Below are positions 31,059 to 41,942 of a stretch of 64,000 nt of DNA, piece by piece. The translations under genes and the position numbers were made by a program. The stretch is from a virus, in the IMG/VR virus record IMGVR_UViG_3300049436_000052, positions 1-64,000 of that record. One strand, given 5' to 3'. The notes under the pieces were generated by a model. It did not search any database and was not told the DNA's origin. It saw nothing but the letters and a program-made list of their open reading frames with translations. The first letter of the stretch is position 1. Every line of letters starts with the position of its first letter.

Positions 31059-33104
31059 ATGAAAGACGATAAGAAATCGATATTAAAAGAGGCAATAGCT
31101 GATCTTAATGAAATTAAAGAGGCTGCCGATGTTAATGCTAAGAAAAAATTAGCTGAAGAGTTCCCAGAAAAGTTTAATGAACTTTTAAAGAACGAACTAA
31201 ATCAAAAAAAAGAGTCATATAAAAAAATTGACGAAAATAAAGAATCCGAATTAGTGGATGATAATAATAACGAAAAAAAAGAAAATGATAATTCTGTTAT
31301 GAAAGAAACAAAAACAATAAAAAAAGGACCTGTTGGTGATGGGAAACCTTTTGCAAAAAAAATAAAAAATGAAGAAGTAGAATCTACTAAACCTATTGAA
31401 GAAGTTGTTGGTGATGGAAAACCTTTTGATAAAAAAGTTAACAAATCACTCCAAACTGAAGAATTTGACATAACAGAACTTGACAATTCTATGGTTGGAA
31501 GTGCTATCGAAAACGCTGATAACGAAGACCAATTTTTGACATTAGACGAAATCGAAAAAGAAATTAACGACATGGAAAATTTAGATGGTGAACTAGATGC
31601 TATTGAATCTGGTGAAGAAACTGAAGAACCTGTTGAAACTACTAATGAAATCGATATTGACGAACTTAAAGAAATTAAGGAAAAAATAGATAATATTATT
31701 CAATCTTTGGAAGGTAATGTTGGAGGTTCTGAAGAAGAATTAGAACCAGAAACTGATGAATTTTCAGGTGAAGAAATGGAAACTGAAGTTGAACCAGAAG
31801 AAGAAATGGAAGAAGGTGTTCTTGATTTCCTAAAATCAAAAAATCTTGAAGAACTTAACCCTAACGATCCAAAAGATCAACAAACAATTAAACAAAAATT
31901 CTTAAATACATTTAACACAAGCATCAGACAATTTACTCAAGTTAGAGAAGCTGTTAAAGGTATTGGTTTTGATGAAATGTTAAGTCTTTTAATTCAAAAC
32001 AAAGAAGCTGGTGCTAATGGTGGTGCTTTAGGTGTTGGTAAAATGGGTTTGGGTATTCGTCCAAAAAATGTTAGTTGGGCTGGTAAAAGTAGAAGTCGTT
32101 TGGGTGAAGAAAATGTTAATGAAATCTTTGGATTTAGTGTTAAAGATAAATTTTCAAAATTAGATCCTAATGATGAAGCTGGTGTTATAAAATTATTCAA
32201 CGCTGCCTTTGGTGATATATTAATGAATCCTAAAATGGGAATCATTAACAGAATCGCTAGTAAAACATCTATTCCTGAAAAATATGAATTATTAAGACAA
32301 TATGTTGAAGGTAATGGCGGAACTTTAAGAATTGGTAATGATAATAAATTAACATTAGGTTCTCAACAACTAAAAGACAAATCAACAACATTTGCCGCAA
32401 AAGGAAGAAATCGTTTAGGTGAAGAACAATACATGGAAAACGAACAACCAATTACTGATGAAGAAATTGATGCTATTCTTAATTCAGATGATGAAACTGA
32501 AGAACCTGAAATGGATGAAGCTCATGGTGTTTCATATGGTGAAAGAAGAAAAATGACTGGAAGACACAATCCTGGCAATGAGTATTTATCATCTATGGAA
32601 AAAGATCAAGCTCCTTATGTACAAGAATCAAAAAAAGTTAGCGCATTAATTGAAGAAAATAAAAAATTAACAAAAAAATTAAATGAAGCTAAAAAATATA
32701 AAAATTCTGTAAGTACTTTGGTTGAAAACTATAAATCAGTTATCGGAAAATGTCGTGAACAACTAAAAGAAATGACAATATTCAACACTAACTTATCAAA
32801 CGTTAATAATTTGTTAGTTAATGAAGAATTAGCATTAACTCATGATGATAAAATCAAAATCATTAATGAATTTAAAAGCATTGATAAAATTTCTGTTTCA
32901 CAAGAAAAATATAAAGTTATGTTGGCTGAAATGAAAAACAGTAAAAAAACTTTAAGTGAAAATATTGAAGATAAAGTGTCAGCAGATTCGATACAACCAT
33001 CTTCTAAAGAAAATTTAAACGAAGTAATTCAAAAAACTGCTTATGAAAACAATGAACATATTGATAGAATGAGAAAGTTAATGAATTATGGAGGAAAAAA
33101 ATAA
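31059..33104 (+). CDS. Prohead scaffold/core protein (gp22-like position)
   Basis: Lies between protease and MCP; acidic with a coiled-coil C-terminus and many [LIV]xE sites; late motif at 31010-31017. Confidence 0.75.
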   Translation: MKDDKKSILKEAIADLNEIKEAADVNAKKKLAEEFPEKFNELLKNELNQKKESYKKIDENKESELVDDNNNEKKENDNSVMKETKTIKKGPVGDGKPFAKKIKNEEVESTKPIEEVVGDGKPFDKKVNKSLQTEEFDITELDNSMVGSAIENADNEDQFLTLDEIEKEINDMENLDGELDAIESGEETEEPVETTNEIDIDELKEIKEKIDNIIQSLEGNVGGSEEELEPETDEFSGEEMETEVEPEEEMEEGVLDFLKSKNLEELNPNDPKDQQTIKQKFLNTFNTSIRQFTQVREAVKGIGFDEMLSLLIQNKEAGANGGALGVGKMGLGIRPKNVSWAGKSRSRLGEENVNEIFGFSVKDKFSKLDPNDEAGVIKLFNAAFGDILMNPKMGIINRIASKTSIPEKYELLRQYVEGNGGTLRIGNDNKLTLGSQQLKDKSTTFAAKGRNRLGEEQYMENEQPITDEEIDAILNSDDETEEPEMDEAHGVSYGERRKMTGRHNPGNEYLSSMEKDQAPYVQESKKVSALIEENKKLTKKLNEAKKYKNSVSTLVENYKSVIGKCREQLKEMTIFNTNLSNVNNLLVNEELALTHDDKIKIINEFKSIDKISVSQEKYKVMLAEMKNSKKTLSENIEDKVSADSIQPSSKENLNEVIQKTAYENNEHIDRMRKLMNYGGKK

Positions 33105-33135
33105 TTTAAATAATATTAAATAAAAAAATAATAAA

Positions 33136-34803
33136 ATGGGTTTTTTAATGGAATCAGCCGTAGTTGGTAATATCGGCTTAAAACAATTACGTGAACAACG
33201 TGAAATTACCACAAACCGTTGGGAAAAAATCGGTTTGTTAGAAGGTTTGGAAGGCAATGTGAAAGAAAATTGCGCTCAATTATTTGAAAACCAACTTTCT
33301 TATATGATTAATGAATCTAGTGATGCAACTAGTTCTGGACAATTTGAAACAGTAGCATTCCCTGTTATTCGTAGGGTATTCGCTAAACTTTTAGCTAATG
33401 ACATTGTTTCTGTACAAGCTCTGAATTTACCTATTGGTAAATTGTATTACATCAATCCTAAAACATCTGAAAGAGTTAGTCCTGATTATTATCAGCACAC
33501 TTCTCCAGATAACGCTTATCAAAATGCTGCTAGTTTAGCTCCTACTGCTAAAACACAATTTGAAACTCGTTCATTGTACGATGCTTTCTATGCTTCTAGC
33601 TATGCTGACGAAGGAACTTCATTGTTTGATCGTTCAAAAGGTGAAATTACTATCGTAACTGGTGTTACTACTGCATCTACTTTCGTTATTGGAACTGATA
33701 AATTCGTTACCTTAACTGCTAACGGTTTTAGTACTACTTATGAAGGTAAATTAATAGGCCCTGCTGGTGTTCCAATGGATACTGAATCTTTCTTAGCAAG
33801 CTTAAAAGTTTATGCTGATGTTAATTTAGTTGCTCCATCTCCATACACTGCTGAAGGTAGTATTACTGCTGGTGATTCAATTCCTTTCAACGTAAAAGTT
33901 CAACAATATGGTCAAGCCATTGTTTCTAAAACTGGCAAAATCACTCTTGTTGCTGATCTTCAATATGCTGGAACTAACGGTTATCAAGCATTAAGTGCAA
34001 CAACTACTCCTGTTTTCTACTATTCATATAGGGTTTACTCTGATATGGAAGAAGATTCAAGAATGGCTGAAGTAACTTTCGCTCTTGACCAAGTAACAGT
34101 TTCTGTTGAAACTCGTAAAATGAGAGCTATGTGGACTCCTGAATTAGCACAAGACGTTAGTGCATTCCATAATATTGATGCTGAAGCTGAATTAACTGCT
34201 TTATTGTCAGAACAAATGGCCGCTGAAATTGATCGTGAAATTCTTCGTGATCTTCGTAGAGGTGCTGCTTGGACTGCTCGTTGGGATTATAATGGTCTTC
34301 GTAAAGGTACTGTTACTTATTATGGTACACAAAAAGACTGGAATCAAACATTGGTAACTAAAGTTAACCAAATCTCTGCTCAAATTCATAAAGCTACTCT
34401 TCGTGGTGGTGCTTCTTTCATAGTTGTATCTCCTGAAGTTAGTGCAGTATTTGATGATTTAGAATATTTCCATGTAAGTAATGCTGCTCCAGAGCAAGAC
34501 AAATACAACATGGGTATCGAGAAAATTGGTACTTTAAGTGGAAGGTATTTAGTATATCGTGATCCATATGCACCTGCTAATACAATTTTAGTTGGTCATA
34601 AGGGTAACTCTATATTAGAAACCGGATTTATTTATGCTCCATACGTTCCTATGCAATTGACTCCAGTTATGTACAATCCATTTGATTTTACACCTATTAG
34701 AGGAATTATGACAAGATATGCAAAGAAAATGGTTCTTAATCGTTACTATGGTCGTATCTATTGCGATGGTTTACAAACTTTCGGAATTGGTGATTTAAGA
34801 TAG
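33136..34803 (+). CDS. gp23: Major capsid protein (T4 gp23-like)
   Basis: FPVIRRVF...DIVSVQ, TRKMRAMWTPELAQDV, AEIDREIL, GFIYAPYVP and RGIMTRY; strongly biased codon usage. Confidence 0.97.
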   Translation: MGFLMESAVVGNIGLKQLREQREITTNRWEKIGLLEGLEGNVKENCAQLFENQLSYMINESSDATSSGQFETVAFPVIRRVFAKLLANDIVSVQALNLPIGKLYYINPKTSERVSPDYYQHTSPDNAYQNAASLAPTAKTQFETRSLYDAFYASSYADEGTSLFDRSKGEITIVTGVTTASTFVIGTDKFVTLTANGFSTTYEGKLIGPAGVPMDTESFLASLKVYADVNLVAPSPYTAEGSITAGDSIPFNVKVQQYGQAIVSKTGKITLVADLQYAGTNGYQALSATTTPVFYYSYRVYSDMEEDSRMAEVTFALDQVTVSVETRKMRAMWTPELAQDVSAFHNIDAEAELTALLSEQMAAEIDREILRDLRRGAAWTARWDYNGLRKGTVTYYGTQKDWNQTLVTKVNQISAQIHKATLRGGASFIVVSPEVSAVFDDLEYFHVSNAAPEQDKYNMGIEKIGTLSGRYLVYRDPYAPANTILVGHKGNSILETGFIYAPYVPMQLTPVMYNPFDFTPIRGIMTRYAKKMVLNRYYGRIYCDGLQTFGIGDLR

Positions 34804-34835
34804 TTAATAAAATATAAATATCTTTAAAATTTGTT

Positions 34836-34866
34836 AAAAGAGTTGGTTATTTCCAACTCTTTTTTT
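34836..34866 (+). terminator. Rho-independent terminator after the MCP gene
   Basis: aaaagagttgg-ttattt-ccaactctttttt. Confidence 0.85.
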
Positions 34867-34887
34867 ATTTTTGTATGTTTTGTTTGA

Positions 34888-34917
34888 AACAAAATACACT
34901 ATTTTTCGTATAATATA
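34888..34917 (+). promoter_or_regulatory. Bipartite promoter AACA-N15-CGTATAATATA
   Basis: Exact motif, 17 nt upstream of ATG 34935. Confidence 0.7.
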
Positions 34918-34934
34918 TAAAGATATTTAAAGTT

Positions 34935-37190
34935 ATGAAAAAATTAACTTATAATAATTCTATTTTTTTATTTCTTGACATTAATGATATGTCAAATCTT
35001 AAAAAGAACGATTTAAAAAAGATTAAAGAAGATTATTTATTGTCTTATCAAAATTGTATAATTTATAATTATTTTGATCTAAAAAACTATAAAAATATAA
35101 TTAGAGATATAATTAACAAAGCAAAACATTTAAATCAAATAAAATTAAATTTTGAAAAATGTAAATTTTCAACTATTGATGAAACACAAAAAAATCTATT
35201 TTTAAAGACAAATCATATACAAGGAATTGATAATTCTCAAATATTTTATGGTACTTTTTACAACAACGAATTAATTTCAATAATGACATTTATTGACAAA
35301 CAAAAATATAATAAAAATACTAAAGAAAATGAAAGAGAATATGAATTATCAAGATTTTCCACAAAACTTGGATATATTACATCTGGGATTTTTAAAAAAA
35401 TGTTAGACTTATTTATAAAAGTATACCATCCAAAAAAAATAACAACAATTGTTGATTACGATATTTTTAATAAAAAAAATAATATCTATATTAATAATAA
35501 ATTTAAATTAGATAAGATTTTTCAACCTAATTATAAATTTTTATTGAAAACAAATAATCAATTATATGATAAATCTACATATATTAATGAATTTTTTAGA
35601 AATGAATTAATTTCAAAAAACGAAAAAGAACTTATAAAAAAGAATACAATTAATGTTTGGAATTGTGGTAGATTAAAATATATTGCCAGATTTAATGACA
35701 ATGATGAAATCATATATGGATATATTTATTTGATTAGAAATTTGGTAAATAATAAAGTTTGTGTGGGACAAACAGATAGAACATTATCAAAAAGAAAATT
35801 GGAATATTATAATAAATATACTAAAAACGATTTCTATAATCCACATCTATTAAATGCATTTAATAAATATGGATGGAATAATTTTACATTTACTGAAATA
35901 GACATAGCATTAAACGTTGATGAACTAAATGAGAAAGAAATTTTTTACATAAAAAAATATAAATCAAATGATCGAAATTTTGGTTATAATATTGAAAGTG
36001 GTGGTAAAAATTCATCTCCCACTGACGAAACATTATTAAAAATGAGCAAAGCACATTTGGGAATAGTTCAATCTGAAGAATGGAAAAATAGTAGAATTGC
36101 AAAAGCAGGTTCAGAAGAAGCTAAAAAATATGGTAAGGTAAAAACAGAAGAGGAAAAAAAATATTTGAGTGAATTTTCTCCAAAATTTTGGCAAGGTAAG
36201 ACACGAGATGAAGAAACTAGAAAAAAAATTAGTGAAACTAAACTAAATAAAGGTTTAAGTGATAAACAAAAAGATGTAATTTGTAAAAAAGTATACAAAA
36301 TAAATTATCAAACTAAAGAAATTGTAAGTATTTTTGAATCTAGTGAAAAAGCAAGTAAATTTGAAAATGTAAATCAAAGTACCATTTCGAGATGGTGTTC
36401 TGCCACTAAAATTGTTAATGGATATATCTGGTCATTTAAGCCAATAAAAGATTTAGATTTTTCTAAAATTGTTATTAAAGAAGTACCTAAAGTTTTAATT
36501 AAAGAAAAAGAACCCTATATCGTTTCAGAAGAAACCCGAAAAAAACTTTCAGAAGCAAGAAAGAATATAAAACAATCGCAAGAATGGATTGATAAACGAA
36601 TTGATGTTGTTGCAAAACCAGTGATTAAATTAGATAAAACAAAAAATATTATTTTAGAAAAATTTAGATCTTTAGCAGATGCTGGAAGATACAACAAAGA
36701 CAATTTATCTTACGAAGCGATAAATCGTTTATGTTTGGGGTATTCTAAAAACGATGAAAATATTATATGGTGTTATGAGGAAGATTATTTAAATAAAACA
36801 ATTCCGACACATCAAAAAACTATTGTTAGAGAATTTTCAGAACTGTCACAAAATGAATTAGATAACATTGTTCTTAAATATAAGAATAATGAAACTTCTA
36901 TGAGACAATTATCTGAAGAATTTTCTGTGAATTTTTCAACGTTAAATAAATATTTAAAAGATTTAGATAAACCAAAATCCATTTTTAACGAAGGAATTGA
37001 ATATGTTGCTGTTTGTAAAAAAACCAATAAACGATTTGTAGACTATTTAAACAAATCTGGAACAATAACAACTCATATTTCTGAAACATATCCAGAATTT
37101 AAAATCGAAAGTAAATTTAAAAGAAAGAGTGTCGAAGAAAAAACTGGAAAACCTTGGTATTATGAATTTTTTGAGTTTATTAAAAAATAA
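34935..37190 (+). CDS. Free-standing multidomain homing endonuclease (GIY-YIG with NUMOD3/NUMOD1-like repeats and an extra N-terminal domain)
   Basis: YGYIYLIRNLVNNKVCVGQT...R...E...GYNI; ETRKKISE and ETRKKLSE repeats; N-terminal NHIQG...ISIMTF...YELSRF domain. Confidence 0.8.
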   Translation: MKKLTYNNSIFLFLDINDMSNLKKNDLKKIKEDYLLSYQNCIIYNYFDLKNYKNIIRDIINKAKHLNQIKLNFEKCKFSTIDETQKNLFLKTNHIQGIDNSQIFYGTFYNNELISIMTFIDKQKYNKNTKENEREYELSRFSTKLGYITSGIFKKMLDLFIKVYHPKKITTIVDYDIFNKKNNIYINNKFKLDKIFQPNYKFLLKTNNQLYDKSTYINEFFRNELISKNEKELIKKNTINVWNCGRLKYIARFNDNDEIIYGYIYLIRNLVNNKVCVGQTDRTLSKRKLEYYNKYTKNDFYNPHLLNAFNKYGWNNFTFTEIDIALNVDELNEKEIFYIKKYKSNDRNFGYNIESGGKNSSPTDETLLKMSKAHLGIVQSEEWKNSRIAKAGSEEAKKYGKVKTEEEKKYLSEFSPKFWQGKTRDEETRKKISETKLNKGLSDKQKDVICKKVYKINYQTKEIVSIFESSEKASKFENVNQSTISRWCSATKIVNGYIWSFKPIKDLDFSKIVIKEVPKVLIKEKEPYIVSEETRKKLSEARKNIKQSQEWIDKRIDVVAKPVIKLDKTKNIILEKFRSLADAGRYNKDNLSYEAINRLCLGYSKNDENIIWCYEEDYLNKTIPTHQKTIVREFSELSQNELDNIVLKYKNNETSMRQLSEEFSVNFSTLNKYLKDLDKPKSIFNEGIEYVAVCKKTNKRFVDYLNKSGTITTHISETYPEFKIESKFKRKSVEEKTGKPWYYEFFEFIKK

Positions 37191-37212
37191 TATTAATTTA
37201 AATTAGATAATA

Positions 37213-37710
37213 ATGGAAATTGTAAAAGAAATCCCTAAATGTGGTAAACTTATTATTGAGCTTGATCTTAATATACATTTAGCAACATTACTTGATGTTG
37301 ATGAATATGTTGCAGATCATTTTATTCGTGATTTTTATGGTGTAAAATATTTTCAATCTTTTGATAATGATAATTGGGGTAGTGAAAGTGAAGAAATTGA
37401 AGAAACTCCAATAAGTGGTTCAATTTATTTAACATATCCACTATCTGTAAATGTAAAAATAGATGTTAAAGAAGTTGAAACTATTGGTTCATTATTGTGG
37501 CAAATAGCTAAAATATATGAACAAATTTATCAAGAAGAGGAAACATCTACAAAAGATCTAATATTAAACGATGACGATAGAGGAACAGTATATAATAGGA
37601 ACAAAACCAATGGTAAATATGGTATCTGGGGACATGATATTGGTGATTTATATTTTGAAAGAATTTTTATCTATGACAATGAGATTATTGGAATTGGTAT
37701 TGGATCATAA
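37213..37710 (+). CDS. Hypothetical protein
   Basis: 165 aa; NRNKTNGKYGIWGHDIGDL C-terminal motif. Confidence 0.55.
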   Translation: MEIVKEIPKCGKLIIELDLNIHLATLLDVDEYVADHFIRDFYGVKYFQSFDNDNWGSESEEIEETPISGSIYLTYPLSVNVKIDVKEVETIGSLLWQIAKIYEQIYQEEETSTKDLILNDDDRGTVYNRNKTNGKYGIWGHDIGDLYFERIFIYDNEIIGIGIGS

Positions 37711-37735
37711 TAAATATTAAATTATCATTAATCAT

Positions 37736-37767
37736 AAAAACCTCTGTCATTAATTGAAGAGGTTTTT
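37736..37767. terminator. Bidirectional terminator between convergent genes
   Basis: aaaaacctct...agaggttttt. Confidence 0.7.
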
Positions 37768-38593
37768 ATATTTTAATTAATACCATCCCATAATTATTAA
37801 CACCATTTGGTATAATAAGATCTGGTTTTTTTATTAATTTATTTTCTTTAAATGATCGATAATCTACATGATGATGCCATCTATTAAATTTCCAACTTAG
37901 TTTTACAATATCTGGGTGTTGATCAACTAATGATTGTGCAAATTTTAATCGATTATCATTATCAATATAAACATTATCAGTATTACCGCCTTTCATTGTC
38001 ATTGTTTGTGCCTTTTCTTGGGTAAATGCGTTAAATAGTACCGTACACCAGCCATCTTTTAGTACTCTAATTGATAAATCAGTGTCTTCATTATATTTGC
38101 CACGCCATCTATATGGTATATCATTTTTTATTAAAATACAAGAATAGATCCTAGTATTAAGTTTAAAAGCGGGTAATTTAGTTTTTGCTTTCGCAAAAAA
38201 ATCATATTGAAATCCAGATAGTGCGACATTTTCATATCTATCAACAAAATCTTCAGCACATTTAAATATTGTACCAGATGTTACTTTTCCTTGCAAATTT
38301 CTATTTAATCTATTAAAAGCACCAATATTATCATCAACTATCCAATGTCTTTCATGTCCATTGTTAATTGAATGTTCCCAAATCCAATTTCTTGCTGGTA
38401 TTGAACCTTGTCCTAAATAACTAAAAGGTAGAATAAGTATTTTTTCTGAATCAATAACAGATACATAATTATCGTATTCTTGTGGTTCAATTACAATCTT
38501 ATAAGGCACATTCATTTTTTCTAAAGTCTTGCTTGTTAATCGACTTTCCCATCTGCCTTTTGAAACAATATAAATCGGATATTTAGGATTCAT
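37766..38593 (-). CDS. GT-A fold glycosyltransferase (TAGT/GREB1-like), putative DNA base modification
   Basis: PIYIVSKGR, RNWIW, WIVDDNI, NEDTD and KGGNT motifs. Confidence 0.7.
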   Translation of the reverse strand: MNPKYPIYIVSKGRWESRLTSKTLEKMNVPYKIVIEPQEYDNYVSVIDSEKILILPFSYLGQGSIPARNWIWEHSINNGHERHWIVDDNIGAFNRLNRNLQGKVTSGTIFKCAEDFVDRYENVALSGFQYDFFAKAKTKLPAFKLNTRIYSCILIKNDIPYRWRGKYNEDTDLSIRVLKDGWCTVLFNAFTQEKAQTMTMKGGNTDNVYIDNDNRLKFAQSLVDQHPDIVKLSWKFNRWHHHVDYRSFKENKLIKKPDLIIPNGVNNYGMVLIKI

Positions 38594-38828
38594 CTACATA
38601 TCTATTATTTGCATATCTTCTAGGTGGCATATGTGGATACCACAAACTTGATTGTTTTGGTGTTATTTTTTGACCAATTAATTCAGCAAATTTTTCTACA
38701 TCTTCATCATTTCTAAAATGAACAATTATTTTTCTTTTGGAAGTCAAATCTTCTTGTATAAATTCTGGCATATCTTGCCATTCATCTTGCCAAAATTCAT
38801 CATTATTTTTTTTCTTCATTATCATCAA
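38583..38828 (-). CDS. Small partner protein of the glycosyltransferase
   Basis: EWQDMPEF...IIVHFRNDED...F..LIGQKIT...LWYP; stop overlaps the GT start. Confidence 0.6.
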   Translation of the reverse strand: MMIMKKKNNDEFWQDEWQDMPEFIQEDLTSKRKIIVHFRNDEDVEKFAELIGQKITPKQSSLWYPHMPPRRYANNRYVDES

Positions 38829-41800
38829 AATTTCTTTTACTTATTTTTAAATAACGTTCACCAAATCTATCTTTAACATATCCAATTGAAGAAATAAAAA
38901 ATCTATCGATGTAGTTATTGTTTTCATCTACAATTAGAATTTCAGAAAATTTTGTTAGATCTATTTTCATATTAATTTTTTTATTAATAACCATATTTAT
39001 ACGTTTTTGATGTACATTCTAATGAATAAAGAATTTTATATTCAGTATATAAGTCGCTAAACCATTCTTCCAATGTAGCTCTACATTTCATCATTTGTTC
39101 TAATGATGTAAAATAAAAGTTTTCACTTCTCTCTAATATTATATATTCACTAAATGTCATATCTATTTTCATAAAATTATTTTAATTTATTGATTATTCT
39201 TTCTTAAATAAACCTCAAAATCACTACCTCCTGAACTGATTGAATATATTTCCATTAAATGTTCACCAAATTCTTTAATAATATTTTTACATATTTTATC
39301 GAATTCTATATCGTGTTCAATACTATTATATGTGTTAGTATCGTCATTACGTTTACATTTACACATCCAATATTTATCGTATTCATAAACAATTTCTTCC
39401 CATTCTTTAGGAATCAATCCACTTAAGAACTTTTTATTTGTTTTTATTCCACTATTTTTCATATCTATTTTTATCAAATTTTAGGAGGAAACCCATTATT
39501 CCAACATTTATCACAAACGGTGAATGTAATGTTACCAATAGGTTCGTTACAATACATACAAAGGTTTCTCATGCAAGCACATTCTTTAGCCATTTCATTA
39601 CAATTTGGACATGGTTTATCTCTTAATTGTGGATTAAGATCTTTTTCGCCATTTTTTTCTTTTAGAACAACATTTAATGATTTTTCAATTCCAATATTTA
39701 GTGCTTCGTATTTGTTATCATAAGTACCTTTGTATTTCCAAATTTCTTTTTTATTACCATCTTTATCATAATAATGGATCATTAAAATCCATTTATTAAA
39801 TTCATCAAAAAGGTTTATATAAATCCCTTTTTCTTCCAACCAATCTAAAACTTGTTGATATGTTGGTGCTGGTAATTGAAAGGTTTCTTTTGAATTAGTA
39901 GTATTGATATCTTCAACATAAACAGTTTCTCCAAAATAATGAATTCCTTGAAAAACCATGACAAGTTTATCTGCTTCAATTTTTGTATATTGGTTTGGAA
40001 CATCGTTTTGAATAGGATGTTTGGTATAAAAAGCTAAACAGGGTTCATTAAAACCGTTATCATTTAATAGTTGTGCTAGATTTTGAGGTATAAAAAGTTT
40101 TTCTATCATCTTATTATTGTATGATAATTATTAATATGAATATCCCTATTGTGTTTATTTATTTTTAAAATAGCCGAAATTGTTATAAAAACATCATCAT
40201 CAGATACATAATATAATTGGTTTACTTGTGTTAGTTCATCAAGAAACAAAGTTAGTAATTGTGAGTATTCATTATTAGTTTTTTTATCTATAATTGAATT
40301 AAACAAATTAGCATATAATTGATCAGGAAATAAAATATCTATGTTCATTTAATTAATTCTTTAATAGTATATCAAAACTTTCACAAATTTCTATATAAAT
40401 ATGCCGATCAAATTCCCTTTTAAGTTCATCATAAAGTGTTGTAGTAAGATTATGATCAAGTATTTCTTTATTAAGTATAGGAATTAAATTTCTATCAAGA
40501 TTATAATAAACTACTTTCATGTTAATTTTATATTAAATCTTCTTCATTAATTTCATCACTACTGATATAGTCTCGTGTATATTCTACTGAAGGAACAACA
40601 ATTGAATGTTCCAAATATATCCTATGATTTCCTTTAACTGTTACTACTTATCGCAATCAGGAACATCATAGCCAGAATTAATCATATCTTGTATAATCTC
40701 ATTATCTGTTTTATCATTGTTCCATGTTATATATCCGCATTTCACACATCGTTTTTCTTCATTCCCGTAAGGAACTAATTTACAACGATGTATAATAATT
40801 AACTCCATTTCTTTATCTGTCGATTCTTCACTATTTTTATCATTTTCTTCCATATCTATTAAATTGAATTTTTATTTCACATTTAAGTTTGTACTAAATT
40901 AACACAATGCAACATACAAATACTGTTACTTGAGAATTTTGTTTATAAATTCGATAGGATTACAATTAAACTTTTCAGATAAATTATTGATTGTCATTGC
41001 TCTATTTTTAGTTGTGGTTAATCCTATTATTCTTTCGATTTCAAAGAATATTCCATTTTCTTTTAATCCTTTTAAGGTTATTTCAGAAACATCCATTGTT
41101 CCAGTAATTAATTCTTGAAGCCAAAAATCATCCTGTTCATCATCTGATAGTTGATTGTAGTGTTCTTCTATTTTATCAAAATCAACGACTGCAATAAAAT
41201 ACTCATTGTTTAAATCATGTTGATAACCACTTTTAAAAGGTTTTGAAATCTCTGTTGGCTTTGCAAAATCAACCACTTTTTTTGAGCAAATAAAATAAGT
41301 ATTATTACTAATAACAGGTATATTTAATTGCTCAGTTTGTGTCTCTAATATCATTTGTTCTCTTATTTAAGTTATAAGTAATATTATTTTTGTTTTGAGT
41401 TTAATATATTAAAAACTTTTTTAACTCATTATTATATTATTACCATTCAAATATTCGTGTGCCAATTAATTACAAGATATTAAATCTTCTTCATTTACTT
41501 TTAGACAAACTTCAAGATAATACTAAATAATTCCTAATCTATAAGAAATTGTTTTCATTAAAATTTTCATAATAATCTATTTGTAAATCTTCATCATCAA
41601 CAATACCTACTTTTTTAGATACAATCAATAAACAAACAATTAACAATAGAATAAACACTATTATAAATAAAATAACTAATATTATTTTCATGATTTTTCT
41701 TTTTTATAGTTTGGAGAATATGAGGTTATTATTTGAGCAATACATTGATTTTTGTTTTTATCTAAATACGGCAAAAATAATTCACCGCATTCTTCTGATT

Positions 41801-41879
41801 TGCATTGATAAAAACCCATATCTACTTCTTCTAATTCAGATCCACAAATAAAACAAAAATTTATAATATTTTCTTTCAT
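38803..41879 (-). CDS. Run of small hypothetical genes (38803-38994, 38984-39172, 39187-39477, 39474-40109, 40106-40348, 40353-40520, 40644-40853, 40926-41354, 41688-41879)
   Basis: Co-oriented, mostly abutting ORFs; several have Cys-pair zinc-ribbon motifs; 40353-40520 (55 aa) was read manually. Confidence 0.5.
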
Positions 41880-41942
41880 GTTAATTTAGTTATTTCAATA
41901 TTTAATTGTAAATTTTTATACACAGAAAATTTTTATAATCCA

